Positions 45,574 to 54,452 of a DNA stretch of 64,000 nt are shown one piece after another. Position numbers and translations under genes: made by a program. How positions within the stretch are numbered: position 1 is the first letter of the stretch; each line of letters opens with the position of its first letter. A model generated the notes under the pieces. The model saw only the letters and a list, made by a program, of their open reading frames with translations. It was not told where the DNA came from and ran no database searches. The DNA comes from Patescibacteria group bacterium. GTDB taxonomy: Bacteria > Patescibacteriota > Microgenomatia > JAMCZE01. Where the stretch lies: contig JAMCRP010000001.1 of the NCBI GenBank assembly GCA_023380635.1, positions 405,200 to 469,199 of the forward strand. The letters are read 5' to 3'.

Positions 45574-46865
45574 GTCCGAATCTGTCTTCGCTGGTTGCGC
45601 AGGTATCTCTGAAGAATTTTATAAGTATCTAAATCAAAATCTTCCCCGACGAGACACCAGTTATCGACCAGATATTTATTTTCCAAAAGTCTGGGGCCTT
45701 TGAAGGGCCAGTGCTTAATGCGGGAGTTCATAAAAGCCAACGCAAACCGGGCGTTATAAAGGGCCGGTTTTTCTTTTTTGACACAGGCGCCTTTACATCG
45801 ACCGAGACGGTAGCCAAAACAGGCGCGATTGGTAGTTTCTACACCAAGTAGCCGCTCACACAGTTTTTGCTCTTTGGCCAAATTTACTAAGGTATCTTTG
45901 GCCTGTTTAACACTGCGGAACACCCCCAAGATTTCTTCGACTTCGCCGGGCATTATTTTATTAACCGTGTCGATCTTGACCGTGTTGTAGTCCCCGCTTT
46001 TATCTTGTTTTAAGACCACAAGCTTTTGGGTTTTTCTTAGCATCCGGTTATGGAGCGGCTGCAGTTCTTTAATTTTTTTGGATTCTAAAAGCAACGCTTC
46101 AAGCTCTGTTTTCGTCTCAATCGTTTCGATACTGGCTACCTGGCCGGAAAGTTTTATCTCATTATCAGAAGCGAAGTGGGACAGGACCCTATCATTAATA
46201 TTGACACTTTTACCGACATACAAAGGCGCGCCGTCTTGATCATAAAAAATATAAACCCCCGGTCCTTCCGGTAAATTATCCAGTATTTTTTCAGAAACAT
46301 TTATCGGCCGGTTAGGTTTACGCAAAACCTGATTAATAATTATTTCAAATTTTTCTTCAGGGATTTCTTTTAAAAGTTTCTTATAAAAATCCCAAAGAAC
46401 GGCCGCGTCATCAAAAGCCCGGTGACGCCGCTCACAGTTTAAACTAAATTGTTCGATTAGATTGTCAAGTTTGTGATGCCGGTTTTGAGGAAACAAAAGC
46501 CGGGAGAGTTTAACGGTACACAAATTTTTTGCCCGATACTTAATGCCATATCCCGCCAGTTGCTGTCTGATAAATCCATAATCAAACCGGGCGTTATGAG
46601 CCGCGAAAACGCAGCCATCTAGGATTTCTGTCAAATTACGGGCCACTTCGGAAAAAGTCGGGGCGTTTTCCAAATCCGAAGTTTTAATACCGGTCAACAG
46701 GGTTATCTCTGGGGGTAAATAGGTTTCGGGGTTAACTAAAGTTTGATAGGTGTCTGTCAGTTTATTTTTTTCAACGCGTAAAACCCCGATTTCGATAATG
46801 CGGTCTCGTCTTAAACTAGTCCCGGTAGTTTCAATATCGACGAAGGCAATTTTGGGTGGGAGCAT
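45561..46865 (-). CDS. DnaQ-like 3'-5' exonuclease (DEDDh) fused to a UvrC/Cho-like GIY-YIG nuclease domain
   Basis: [10 protein letters not shown] (Exo I), [16 protein letters not shown] (Exo III), then [31 protein letters not shown] (GIY-YIG); 434 aa. Confidence 0.7.
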   Translation of the reverse strand: MLPPKIAFVDIETTGTSLRRDRIIEIGVLRVEKNKLTDTYQTLVNPETYLPPEITLLTGIKTSDLENAPTFSEVARNLTEILDGCVFAAHNARFDYGFIRQQLAGYGIKYRAKNLCTVKLSRLLFPQNRHHKLDNLIEQFSLNCERRHRAFDDAAVLWDFYKKLLKEIPEEKFEIIINQVLRKPNRPINVSEKILDNLPEGPGVYIFYDQDGAPLYVGKSVNINDRVLSHFASDNEIKLSGQVASIETIETKTELEALLLESKKIKELQPLHNRMLRKTQKLVVLKQDKSGDYNTVKIDTVNKIMPGEVEEILGVFRSVKQAKDTLVNLAKEQKLCERLLGVETTNRACFGYRLGRCKGACVKKEKPALYNARFALAFMNSRIKHWPFKGPRLLENKYLVDNWCLVGEDFDLDTYKILQRYLRNQRRQIRTYSR

Positions 46866-46891
46866 GGATCGTATACTAACACAGGGGTCAA

Positions 46892-47434
46892 CTATTGTTC
46901 GCAGATTTCGTCGATGAGGCCGTGTTTACCAAAATGCAGCGCTTCTTCGGGGGTAAGGTATTTTCGGGGCGCGTAAATTTTTTCAAACTCTTCCCGGCTC
47001 ATTCCCGACCGTTCAATTGATAAATTAACAAAAAGATCGTGGTTCTTTTTAAACTGGTCGACAATGGAAATAAATTCCGGATAGGTTTTTTCTTCCAGAG
47101 AAGTGATGGTCGGATGGACCATGAAGACAGTATGGGGTCGGGCAATCCGGCGTCTTCCGGCCTGGAGAACCATGACGGCCGAGGACATGCACATGCCTTC
47201 AACGATAATGTCTACGGGTTTAACAGAGGCTTTGATATGATCATAAAGCGCAAAAGAATAAAGGAGATCCCCGCCATAGCTAACCAGTGTAAAAGATATT
47301 TGAGTGACATAACTTTTAGCGTTGGCGATATTTAATTCTTCCACCGTTTCTTTGACGGTGTCGTCTTCGATGTTGCCGACCAGGCGCGCAAAAAAAATCG
47401 AAGGCTCCGCTTGTTTTAGGCTTTTCTCATCCAT
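46892..47434 (-). CDS. ClpP-family serine protease subunit (divergent)
   Basis: ClpP-like fold signature GGDLLYSFALYDHI and VEGMCMSSAVMVLQAG (catalytic Ser region), with RIARPHTVFMVHP (His region); 180 aa. Confidence 0.65.
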   Translation of the reverse strand: MDEKSLKQAEPSIFFARLVGNIEDDTVKETVEELNIANAKSYVTQISFTLVSYGGDLLYSFALYDHIKASVKPVDIIVEGMCMSSAVMVLQAGRRRIARPHTVFMVHPTITSLEEKTYPEFISIVDQFKKNHDLFVNLSIERSGMSREEFEKIYAPRKYLTPEEALHFGKHGLIDEICEQ

Positions 47435-47505
47435 AAGTTTTACTTCCTAAAACAGCGCTCTTGCCAAGCTGAAAGGCAAGGCTGCGGTTTGCCTTCCAGC
47501 GTTAC

Positions 47506-47691
47506 TCATGATTTTTGGCTAGCGGTGTTGTCTGCCCGATCCGATTGGATCGGATCCCGCTGGCTGCTGACAGGTTTCTGGCGTCGGTTTTCCTCCCTGG
47601 CCAGATCATCCTGTTCTTCCCGGGTCAGTCCCGACGAATCCGGTTCCAGTCCCCAGGTACTCTCTCTTCCCCGCCGCTTGTACCTCTTCAT
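47506..47691 (-). CDS. Possible small basic/acidic protein (61 aa) with a strong Shine-Dalgarno sequence; uncertain
   Basis: AAAGGAGGAAACGAAAGT precedes ATG 47691. Lies in a GC-rich 470-bp intergenic region with overlapping ORFs in other frames. Confidence 0.25.
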   Translation of the reverse strand: MKRYKRRGRESTWGLEPDSSGLTREEQDDLAREENRRQKPVSSQRDPIQSDRADNTASQKS

Positions 47692-47905
47692 ACTTTCGTT
47701 TCCTCCTTTCAGACATCAGTGTAATTTGAGGCTAAAAGAAACCAAAAAGAGCTTTGTAAGCAAAATATAAGAGAGCAGGCTAAAATTATTGGCCATTTTT
47801 AACTACACGATTGTTCACTTTTAACAGAACCAGCACCAGAATTTCTGATATCTAGGGCTTTTCCGCTTTCCAAACTGGCTGGTTTTAAGATATATTGTTG
47901 AGGTT

Positions 47906-48883
47906 ATGTTCACCTATACCCCAATTCTGATTGAGAAACGACGGCGGGAGCGGGCCAGGAAAAAATACTTGCTTCTGCTGCTGCCGGCGTTTATTGCCTT
48001 TCTGGGAATTATCAGCTATAAACATTTCCGCAAATTGCCGGCGGATCTCTCCTTGACCAACCAGGTCGTCCTCTCGGCGCAAACGGCACCTCCTTCTTCT
48101 CCCGGATTAACGACGGTTATTGATAGCACCCTTGAGGGCACTTCCGGAACCTACGGTATCGTCATTAAAAATCTGAAGGCCGGCGAGGCCTACTTCCAAA
48201 ACGAACACCGGGTCTTTGAGCCCGCCAGTTTATACAAGCTCTGGGTAATGGGCGCGGTTTTTCAGCAGGTGGAAAAAGGACAATTAAACCAAGATGAAGT
48301 TTTAACCGCTGACGCCGCGGATTTAAACAAAGAGTTTGCAATCGCCCCTGAAGATGCCGAACAAGCGTCCGGTCCGGTTTCCTACTCTGTCCGCGACGCT
48401 CTTAATCAAATGATTACTATCTCTAATAACTACGCTGCTCTGCTTTTAACACACAGGGTAGGTCTTTCTGCCATTAGCAGCTTTTTAGCCACCAAGGGTC
48501 TAACTGAATCTAAAGTCGGAGTCGGCCAAGCCTCACCCCTGACTACTCCCGCTGACACCGCTTTATTTTTGGAAAAACTGTATCTCGGCCAGCTGGCCAA
48601 TCCCCAAAATACTTCGGAAATGCTTAGTCTTTTGCGCTGGCAGAAGCTAAACGACGGATTGCCCAAATACCTGCCTGATGATATTACCGTCGCCCACAAA
48701 ACCGGAGAAATGGAACCGTTCACTCATGATGCCGGCATAGTTTATGCCGATAGCGGCGATTACCTCATCGTTGTTTTTTCCGAAACTGATTCCCGCCCCC
48801 TGGCCAAAGAACGCATCGCCCTGATTTCTAAAGGGGTCTACGATTACTTCACGGCAACTCCTTCGGGCAGTTTAACAAATTAA
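47906..48883 (+). CDS. Membrane-anchored class A beta-lactamase-like serine hydrolase (PBP/beta-lactamase fold)
   Basis: N-terminal TM; SLYK (SxxK), SNN (SxN) and KTG motifs at appropriate spacing; 325 aa. Confidence 0.65.
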   Translation: MFTYTPILIEKRRRERARKKYLLLLLPAFIAFLGIISYKHFRKLPADLSLTNQVVLSAQTAPPSSPGLTTVIDSTLEGTSGTYGIVIKNLKAGEAYFQNEHRVFEPASLYKLWVMGAVFQQVEKGQLNQDEVLTADAADLNKEFAIAPEDAEQASGPVSYSVRDALNQMITISNNYAALLLTHRVGLSAISSFLATKGLTESKVGVGQASPLTTPADTALFLEKLYLGQLANPQNTSEMLSLLRWQKLNDGLPKYLPDDITVAHKTGEMEPFTHDAGIVYADSGDYLIVVFSETDSRPLAKERIALISKGVYDYFTATPSGSLTN

Positions 48884-48967
48884 TTTTAAAGGACGGGTAA
48901 ACAACCGGTCCGATTAGTCCGGTAGTTTTAAGAAAAAGAGGGTCCAACGGTGGTACCGGGCGTTTCC

Positions 48968-49050
48968 GCCAAACTTTTAAATATGAAACTTCCGGCCTGA
49001 CAAAAATCCTTAATAGTGTTATCCTCGGAATGACCGAAAACCACTGTCTG
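48968..49050 (+). promoter_or_regulatory. Conserved ~80-nt leader element, copy A (upstream of the 49030 ORF)
   Basis: aaacttttaaatatgaaacttccggcctgacaaaaatcc... is about 75% identical to copy B. Confidence 0.4.
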
Positions 49051-49431
49051 CCCAGTTTGATTCATATGACCGACAACGAAGAAAATCCTGCCTGGGCCAA
49101 TGCCCGGAATTTATATTATGTAACCTTTGATCATGATGGGCGGCCTCTTCAGGAAATCGCTCTCTCTTTTCCGCGCGAGAGGTCTTTGATCTGTGAAGGC
49201 TGCTCTGTCCGGGTTAACGACCACAAAAACTATGTTCCTCTTCCCAATGGATTAATGGGTTTTTGTGAGCCTGTAGAAACTAACGAACGCCAATGTAAGA
49301 GAAGGCTTATTCTGACCGTAAATCCCCGTGCCGACGAACAACCCTGTCTGATCCCTTGCGTTAAACCAACCGCTGTCTTCGACTGGAGAGAATACCATGA
49401 CTGGTTCAATTCTTACTCTAAGAAACAATGA
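49030..49431 (+). CDS. Hypothetical Cys-rich protein
   Basis: 133-aa ORF; a start at M13 (MTDNEENPAW) is possible; CEGCSV...C...C pattern. Confidence 0.35.
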   Translation: MTENHCLPSLIHMTDNEENPAWANARNLYYVTFDHDGRPLQEIALSFPRERSLICEGCSVRVNDHKNYVPLPNGLMGFCEPVETNERQCKRRLILTVNPRADEQPCLIPCVKPTAVFDWREYHDWFNSYSKKQ

Positions 49432-49477
49432 CTTCGAATCCCACGCTTCCACACCGGTTTCGCCTAGGAGAACGCCG

Positions 49478-49555
49478 TAAATTTTCAAATATGAAACGCC
49501 GGTCTGCCAAAAATCCCCGGCAGTGTGGTTCTGGAAATGACAAAAAAAGCAATCT
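49478..49555 (+). promoter_or_regulatory. Conserved ~80-nt leader element, copy B (upstream of the 49607 gene)
   Basis: aaattttcaaatatgaaacgccggtctgccaaaaatcc... Confidence 0.4.
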
Positions 49556-49606
49556 ATGTGATTAGCGGGTATTGACAAAGAGAAAAATGGCGGTTAACCT
49601 TAATAA

Positions 49607-50242
49607 ATGCTCGAGAAAAATGGTTTCGCCCATATCTTAATCTTAATCGCCGCTGTCGCTCTGCTTTTAGTCGCCTTGGCTGTGCCGCGAGTTTTAGCCA
49701 AAGATCAATTGGCCGAGTACCAACAAAATCAAAATCAGAATCAAATCCAAAACCAAGAACAGGAGCAGAAACAAGAACAAGAACAAGAGCAAGAGCAAAA
49801 CCAAGAACAGGAGCAGAAACAAAAACCAGAAAGTAACGAAGTAGAAAAAGATGGCAGCGAACCAGCCCGGCCACATTTTCCGCTTTCTGTTAATTCTACG
49901 ACCAATCAACTAATCGTAACTACTCCGGCCGGAACAAAAATTGTGGCCACCCTGCCGCAAAAAGCCATTGATAACATGCTTTCTCAGGGAATCGTTCCCG
50001 TCGCCACTCTATCAAACTCTGCTTCGCCGTCGGGAATAGCATCCTCGTCAGCCGTAACCATGACTACACTGGACAATAAATGGGTTTATAAAATTGCCGG
50101 CGAAAAGAAGTTTAATGTGTTGGGGTTTATTCCCGTCTCTTTGCCTGTGACAGCTTATGTGGCCACCGATTCTGGCCAGATCCTTTCCCAGAGCCAGTCG
50201 CTGCTCTCCCGGTTCTTGGACCTCCTCTCCTTCAGGTTCTAA
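49607..50242 (+). CDS. Secreted/membrane-anchored protein with Q/N/E-rich low-complexity repeat
   Basis: Signal-anchor ILILIAAVALLLVALAVP; QNQNQNQIQNQEQEQKQEQEQEQEQNQEQEQKQ repeat; 211 aa. Confidence 0.5.
   Translation: MLEKNGFAHILILIAAVALLLVALAVPRVLAKDQLAEYQQNQNQNQIQNQEQEQKQEQEQEQEQNQEQEQKQKPESNEVEKDGSEPARPHFPLSVNSTTNQLIVTTPAGTKIVATLPQKAIDNMLSQGIVPVATLSNSASPSGIASSSAVTMTTLDNKWVYKIAGEKKFNVLGFIPVSLPVTAYVATDSGQILSQSQSLLSRFLDLLSFRF
49730..49830 (+). repeat. Trinucleotide/hexanucleotide simple-sequence repeat (CAA/GAA/CAG) within the coding sequence
   Basis: caaaatcaaaatcagaatcaaatccaaaaccaagaacaggagcagaaacaagaacaagaacaagagcaagagcaaaaccaagaacaggagcag. Confidence 0.6.
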
Positions 50243-50260
50243 GAAGCTAGAACTTCTACC

Positions 50261-50515
50261 TTAGCGATGAGTACACCCTGGCCAGCAGCAAGGGCGGCGC
50301 ATTCCCTCTTTGAGTTCACTAATCACTCTTTTAATATGATTGCGTCTAGTCTCTGCCTTTTTAACCAATGTTGTCCAGCAAATCCATTCATTTCGAGCCA
50401 AAGGTGTAAGACTTTCCCAAAGGGTAAGCGCTTTAGGGTCAGAAATCAAAGCCTCCCTTAAATCGGTTGGAAGCGTGTGTACTACACCCCCTGAAATATT
50501 TTTAGCCTTAGCCAT
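50261..50515 (-). CDS. YdeI/OmpD-associated family protein
   Basis: DLREALISDPKALTLWESLTPLARNEWICWTTLVKKAETRRNHIKRVISELKEG matches the YdeI-family pattern; 84 aa. Confidence 0.55.
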   Translation of the reverse strand: MAKAKNISGGVVHTLPTDLREALISDPKALTLWESLTPLARNEWICWTTLVKKAETRRNHIKRVISELKEGMRRPCCWPGCTHR

Positions 50516-50547
50516 GGAGTAATTATATCAAATTGAGGCTAGGAACC

Positions 50548-50593
50548 TTGGCTCCGAGCGGTTGACTCTATTCGGAATTTTTACGCACAAACC
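50548..50593 (-). promoter_or_regulatory. Repeated ~45-nt upstream motif, copy 1 (upstream of the YdeI-like gene)
   Basis: ggctccgagcggttgactctattcggaatttttacgcacaaa; overlaps the stop of the upstream THUMP gene. Confidence 0.45.
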
Positions 50594-51468
50594 AATTTAT
50601 AAATTGCTGCCTTTTTCCCTGAAACTAAAACATCATATTTCTTTAGAAGTTTAAACAAACTTGCCTTGTTTAATGCTTCTTCAAAAACAGTTTTGTTTCC
50701 CATTAATACCACCACTAATCCATTTGGTTTTAAAACCCGTTTAAATTCTTTTAGCGTTGCCTCGTAAAACTTTGGCAAGTCCAATTCCTTTCCTACTTCA
50801 ATTCCCCAGGGTGGATCGGTGATGATTTTATTGACGCTATTATCGGCAACCTCAGTCATATGAAGAGCATCCGTTCCGGTTTTAATATCCCCGGAGATGA
50901 TTTTCAGGTGGGGAAAGTTGGCTCTTTCGGCAGGAATCGCACCGGATCCGGCAAAAGGGTCAAGGACGACATCATCCGGCCTAGGGTCAGAAATTAAACA
51001 AAGCAGATTAGCCAATTCTGGTCTTAACTGGCCTTTTTGGAGAACATCTTTGTAGTCGGGGTGTTTGGTGATTCTTACACCGGCAAATTTATACCCCTCG
51101 CTTCGTTCTAAGAACCAAAATTCAAAATCAGGGTTAGACCGATCAACAGTAAGGTGATTGGCCTCGGCAATTTTCTTTTCAATTCTTGCAAGCCGTTCTC
51201 TATTGATGGCGATAATTTCATTCTCTCTAGAAAAGATTACCCGGAATGTATTTCCCAGCTTTATTCCTGTCTTTTCCTCCGGCTTTGCTTCCAAGAAGGA
51301 GTTATTAAGAAACCGCAGTTTTTTAATTTCTTCCGGGCTGGATTCCGACTGATAGACAATTAAGCCGTCAAGAAGTAGCTGACATATAAACCCTCTCAGC
51401 GATTTTTCCAGCTGGTTTTTAACTTCCTCTCCCAACCCAGGAATAAACGTTGAAAAGTATCTATTCAC
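50581..51468 (-). CDS. THUMP-domain class I SAM-dependent RNA methyltransferase (RlmL/Trm14-like, DPPW motif)
   Basis: VLDPFAGSGAI (motif I) and ITDPPWG (motif IV, N6-A/m2G type); N-terminal THUMP-like region; 295 aa. Confidence 0.7.
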   Translation of the reverse strand: MNRYFSTFIPGLGEEVKNQLEKSLRGFICQLLLDGLIVYQSESSPEEIKKLRFLNNSFLEAKPEEKTGIKLGNTFRVIFSRENEIIAINRERLARIEKKIAEANHLTVDRSNPDFEFWFLERSEGYKFAGVRITKHPDYKDVLQKGQLRPELANLLCLISDPRPDDVVLDPFAGSGAIPAERANFPHLKIISGDIKTGTDALHMTEVADNSVNKIITDPPWGIEVGKELDLPKFYEATLKEFKRVLKPNGLVVVLMGNKTVFEEALNKASLFKLLKKYDVLVSGKKAAIYKLVCA

Positions 51469-51606
51469 AAAGGAAGTATATCAACTGAAAAGATCAAACA
51501 AAATATAGGGCCTTATTACAACCTATTCCTTTCCCATTTCGGAGTTTGTGTCGTCACAAAAAGTCCGAACATCTACTGAAGGTACTCAAATTTCGAGCTT
51601 AAAAAG

Positions 51607-51653
51607 ACCGGCTCCGGGCAGTAGATTTAATTCGGAACTTTTACACTCAAAAC
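51607..51653 (-). promoter_or_regulatory. Repeated ~45-nt upstream motif, copy 2 (upstream of the THUMP methyltransferase gene)
   Basis: accggctccgggcagtagatttaattcggaacttttacactcaaaa. Confidence 0.45.
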
Positions 51654-51878
51654 TGTAATTAATAGGGAATTTCTCAGGAATGACTCACTTTTCGTACCGC
51701 AACTGGGCTGTGCTAATCAACGACCCAGAAACTTATTTTCGCCAAGCACAACGACTTACGATGCCAACCCAATAAATACACATGCTTTCACGATTGCCTC
51801 TGCATCTATAAAGTGAAACAAGGAGAGAAAAAGGTAATTAACGTACCGAATCGGCAGACGTCTCTTTAAACAAATTTC

Positions 51879-53168
51879 TTATCGGTCGTATCTTTGTGCG
51901 TTTTCAGTAAATCCCGCTATTTGAGACCCCGTCTTTCCTTCAAAAAATTCTACCTTTATCTCTCTTTCTCCCAACATCTGCACCAAAAAGGTTCCTTCAG
52001 TTTTAAAATTGGAGGTCTTTCTACTGTCGTTTGTTGATCTTTCATTCATTACTTCATATTTAACTAGGCCGGAGTTTACATTAATCGCTGCCGGATCCGG
52101 CCTGTTATTCTTAACAATGTAAACCATGTTGGTGGGGATATAACCTATCTGGATAACGGAAGGGTCGTAATTGAAATAAAAAAACGATAAAGTCGGCATC
52201 CCTATTTTTTTAATATTTTTATCAGTCTCCGGAAACCAGTTCCCAACAAGCCTGCCGTCAATGTCATAAGCAAACTCGCCCCCTCTGGGTTCCGGCCTCT
52301 GTGGCAGTTTGGTATAAAGCTGCCTCCTTAAAGGCTCAGCGAAGTAATTAAGCGGGTTAACAGAATTACCTGATTTAGTACCATATCTTTTAGAGTGAAT
52401 GAAATGGGCGGGTTTATTTAGATCAACGGCCCAGAGATCTATACCGTCAATGGTTGGACCCCCGCCTCCACGGCCGATGATTTGTCCGGCTTTAATGGGA
52501 ATTTCATAAAAGTTCTGGTCGCTTTCTTTAAGATTTCCAATTTTATCTTTCAGATCTTGTGATAAGTCGGTCAAATGGCAGATCATTAGAAATAAATTTT
52601 TTGAGTATTGAAAAGTGAGGGTATAATCATCCATTCTGCTGATATGATCATTTGCCTCCCAACGGGCTTTCTCATATTCAACCTGAACCAGATACCCATC
52701 TGCAACAGCGCTGACATCGTAAGCTTGAGTTTGGCCACTTTTTTTATCTCCTTCATGAACATAAATATGGTCTACGGGAATATTGTGGGATCCACCCCCT
52801 GTCGAGTCTCGATCTCCTGAATCAGCACCGCCTAAAGGATCAATCGATGTAATTTTATCGACAGGCATAGGGGGAACGGTAAACTCTACCTCGGCGTCTT
52901 TTTGATAAACAGTGCTGGTAAGGAAAATGTCCCGGTAGCCATTTGTCTCTTGTTTATTCTTTTGCTGATTAATGTCTTTTCCCAGCTCATTATTGTTATT
53001 GGGTTCTGTATTTTTAGAACCAAAAAACGCAACTATTACCCCAAAAACCACTATGGCAACTAAAATAAGCCCTACCCACCAAAAACGCTTGAGAAGATTT
53101 TTCATCTGCTCTTTTACATCTTTAATTTCTTTTGCCTGATCAACAGAAGTGTCGGTATTCTCTTCCAT
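51879..53168 (-). CDS. Membrane-anchored extracytoplasmic hypothetical protein (429 aa)
   Basis: N-terminal acidic region then TM helix FWWVGLILVAIVVFGVIVAFF, then a large beta-rich domain (HIYVHEGD, GRGGGG...GIDLWAVD); no confident family. Confidence 0.45.
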   Translation of the reverse strand: MEENTDTSVDQAKEIKDVKEQMKNLLKRFWWVGLILVAIVVFGVIVAFFGSKNTEPNNNNELGKDINQQKNKQETNGYRDIFLTSTVYQKDAEVEFTVPPMPVDKITSIDPLGGADSGDRDSTGGGSHNIPVDHIYVHEGDKKSGQTQAYDVSAVADGYLVQVEYEKARWEANDHISRMDDYTLTFQYSKNLFLMICHLTDLSQDLKDKIGNLKESDQNFYEIPIKAGQIIGRGGGGPTIDGIDLWAVDLNKPAHFIHSKRYGTKSGNSVNPLNYFAEPLRRQLYTKLPQRPEPRGGEFAYDIDGRLVGNWFPETDKNIKKIGMPTLSFFYFNYDPSVIQIGYIPTNMVYIVKNNRPDPAAINVNSGLVKYEVMNERSTNDSRKTSNFKTEGTFLVQMLGEREIKVEFFEGKTGSQIAGFTENAQRYDR

Positions 53169-53248
53169 AAATTCCTTACCTTAAATCAGTATAGCAAAAG
53201 AAGCTAAAAGTACTATTTTTTAGTAGAAGAAAAACCGAGACTAAAAAT

Positions 53249-53297
53249 AACCGGCTCCGTGCCGTTGACGACATTTGGAACTTTTACGCTCAAATCT
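53249..53297 (-). promoter_or_regulatory. Repeated ~45-nt upstream motif, copy 3 (upstream of the 429-aa gene)
   Basis: aaccggctccgtgccgttgacgacatttggaacttttacgctcaaat. Confidence 0.45.
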
Positions 53298-53316
53298 AAA
53301 CTGATTTATTCTTTTA

Positions 53317-54204
53317 TCAGAAGGCCAGATTAAACAAATAACCGGTAAAGGCAATTCCAAGAGCAAGAATAGCAATATAGATAGCTAAAAGTTTTGGTTT
53401 CAGCACTTTGCGCAGGATAATCATCTCCGGCAAAGATAACGCCGTGACTGACATCATAAAAGCCAGGGCAGTCCCCAACGGCAAGCCTTTCTCAATAAGC
53501 GAACTTACAACAGGAACTGTCCCGGCAGCGTTGGAATAAAGAGGAACTCCAATGGCCACGGCAATAAGCACAGCAAAAGGATTATTCCTACCGGCAATTT
53601 TGGCCAGAAAATCAGCCGGAGCATAACCGTGAATTAAAGCCCCAAGACCCACCCCCAACAAAACGTACGGGAATACTTTTTTAATTAAATCAACCGTGTA
53701 AATCTTTGCTTCAATTAAGCGGTCTTTAATTGTGGTTTGAGCCGACAGATTTGTTGTGTTCGCTTTTATTTTCCAGATATAATCCTCAACTAAGGGTTCC
53801 AGATGTAATTTACCAAGAATAAAGCCAACAACTATGGCGATTACCACACCGGAAGCAATATACAAAGCAGCAATCTGCCAGCCAAAAAGCCCCAGAAGTA
53901 ATACCGCCGCGACTTCATTCACCATGGGAGCAGAAATAAGGTAGGAAAAAGTCACGCCGAGAGGCACTCCGCTTTCAACGAACCCGATAAATAACGGCAC
54001 TGCTGAACAGGAACAGAAAGGAGTAACTATTCCGATTAAGGCCGCCAGAACATTGCCGATTATTGAAAATTTTCTGGTTAACAACTTTCTGGTTTTTTCC
54101 GGAGCAATAAACGACCGGAGAAAAGTGACGAAGAAAATAATTACGCAAAGAAGAATGAAGATCTTGACGCTGTCGTAAATGAAAAAGTTCAGCGCTTCAA
54201 TCAT
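53317..54204 (-). CDS. DUF318/ArsP-like permease (TPFCSCS motif)
   Basis: Polytopic; VTPFCSCSAVPLF Cys-rich motif characteristic of ArsP/two-component permease family proteins; 295 aa. Confidence 0.65.
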   Translation of the reverse strand: MIEALNFFIYDSVKIFILLCVIIFFVTFLRSFIAPEKTRKLLTRKFSIIGNVLAALIGIVTPFCSCSAVPLFIGFVESGVPLGVTFSYLISAPMVNEVAAVLLLGLFGWQIAALYIASGVVIAIVVGFILGKLHLEPLVEDYIWKIKANTTNLSAQTTIKDRLIEAKIYTVDLIKKVFPYVLLGVGLGALIHGYAPADFLAKIAGRNNPFAVLIAVAIGVPLYSNAAGTVPVVSSLIEKGLPLGTALAFMMSVTALSLPEMIILRKVLKPKLLAIYIAILALGIAFTGYLFNLAF

Positions 54205-54452
54205 TCCAAATTTTTAGAAAAAATATCTTTAAGTTTTAAAATATCCGGCGTAAACCCCACCATCACCGGTTTGTCATTAATTACCAACACTGGCGAACTC
54301 ATAATTCCCAGCTCCACAATCCTGGTTGTTCCCTCATTTCCGGTAAGGTATTCCACTTTTGTATCCAGCCCCATCTCTTTAACGGTTTTATCAACCAATT
54401 CGTAAAGTTTTTGACAAGTCGGACAACCGGAACCAAGAACCTGAATTTTCAT
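54201..54452 (-). CDS. Thioredoxin-fold redox-active disulfide protein (Thioredoxin_3 type)
   Basis: MKIQVLGSGCPTCQ with a CxxC motif; 83 aa; overlaps the permease start by 4 nt. Confidence 0.7.
   Translation of the reverse strand: MKIQVLGSGCPTCQKLYELVDKTVKEMGLDTKVEYLTGNEGTTRIVELGIMSSPVLVINDKPVMVGFTPDILKLKDIFSKNLE

Noticed and set aside
47435-47905. Looked for RNase P RNA, SRP RNA and 6S RNA in the GC-rich intergenic region
   Set aside because: Conserved motifs (RNase P AGGAAAGTCCGGGCTCC and ACAGAAnCCGGCTTA; SRP GGAAGCAGCC) were not found on either strand; the region is left as an unexplained structured region.
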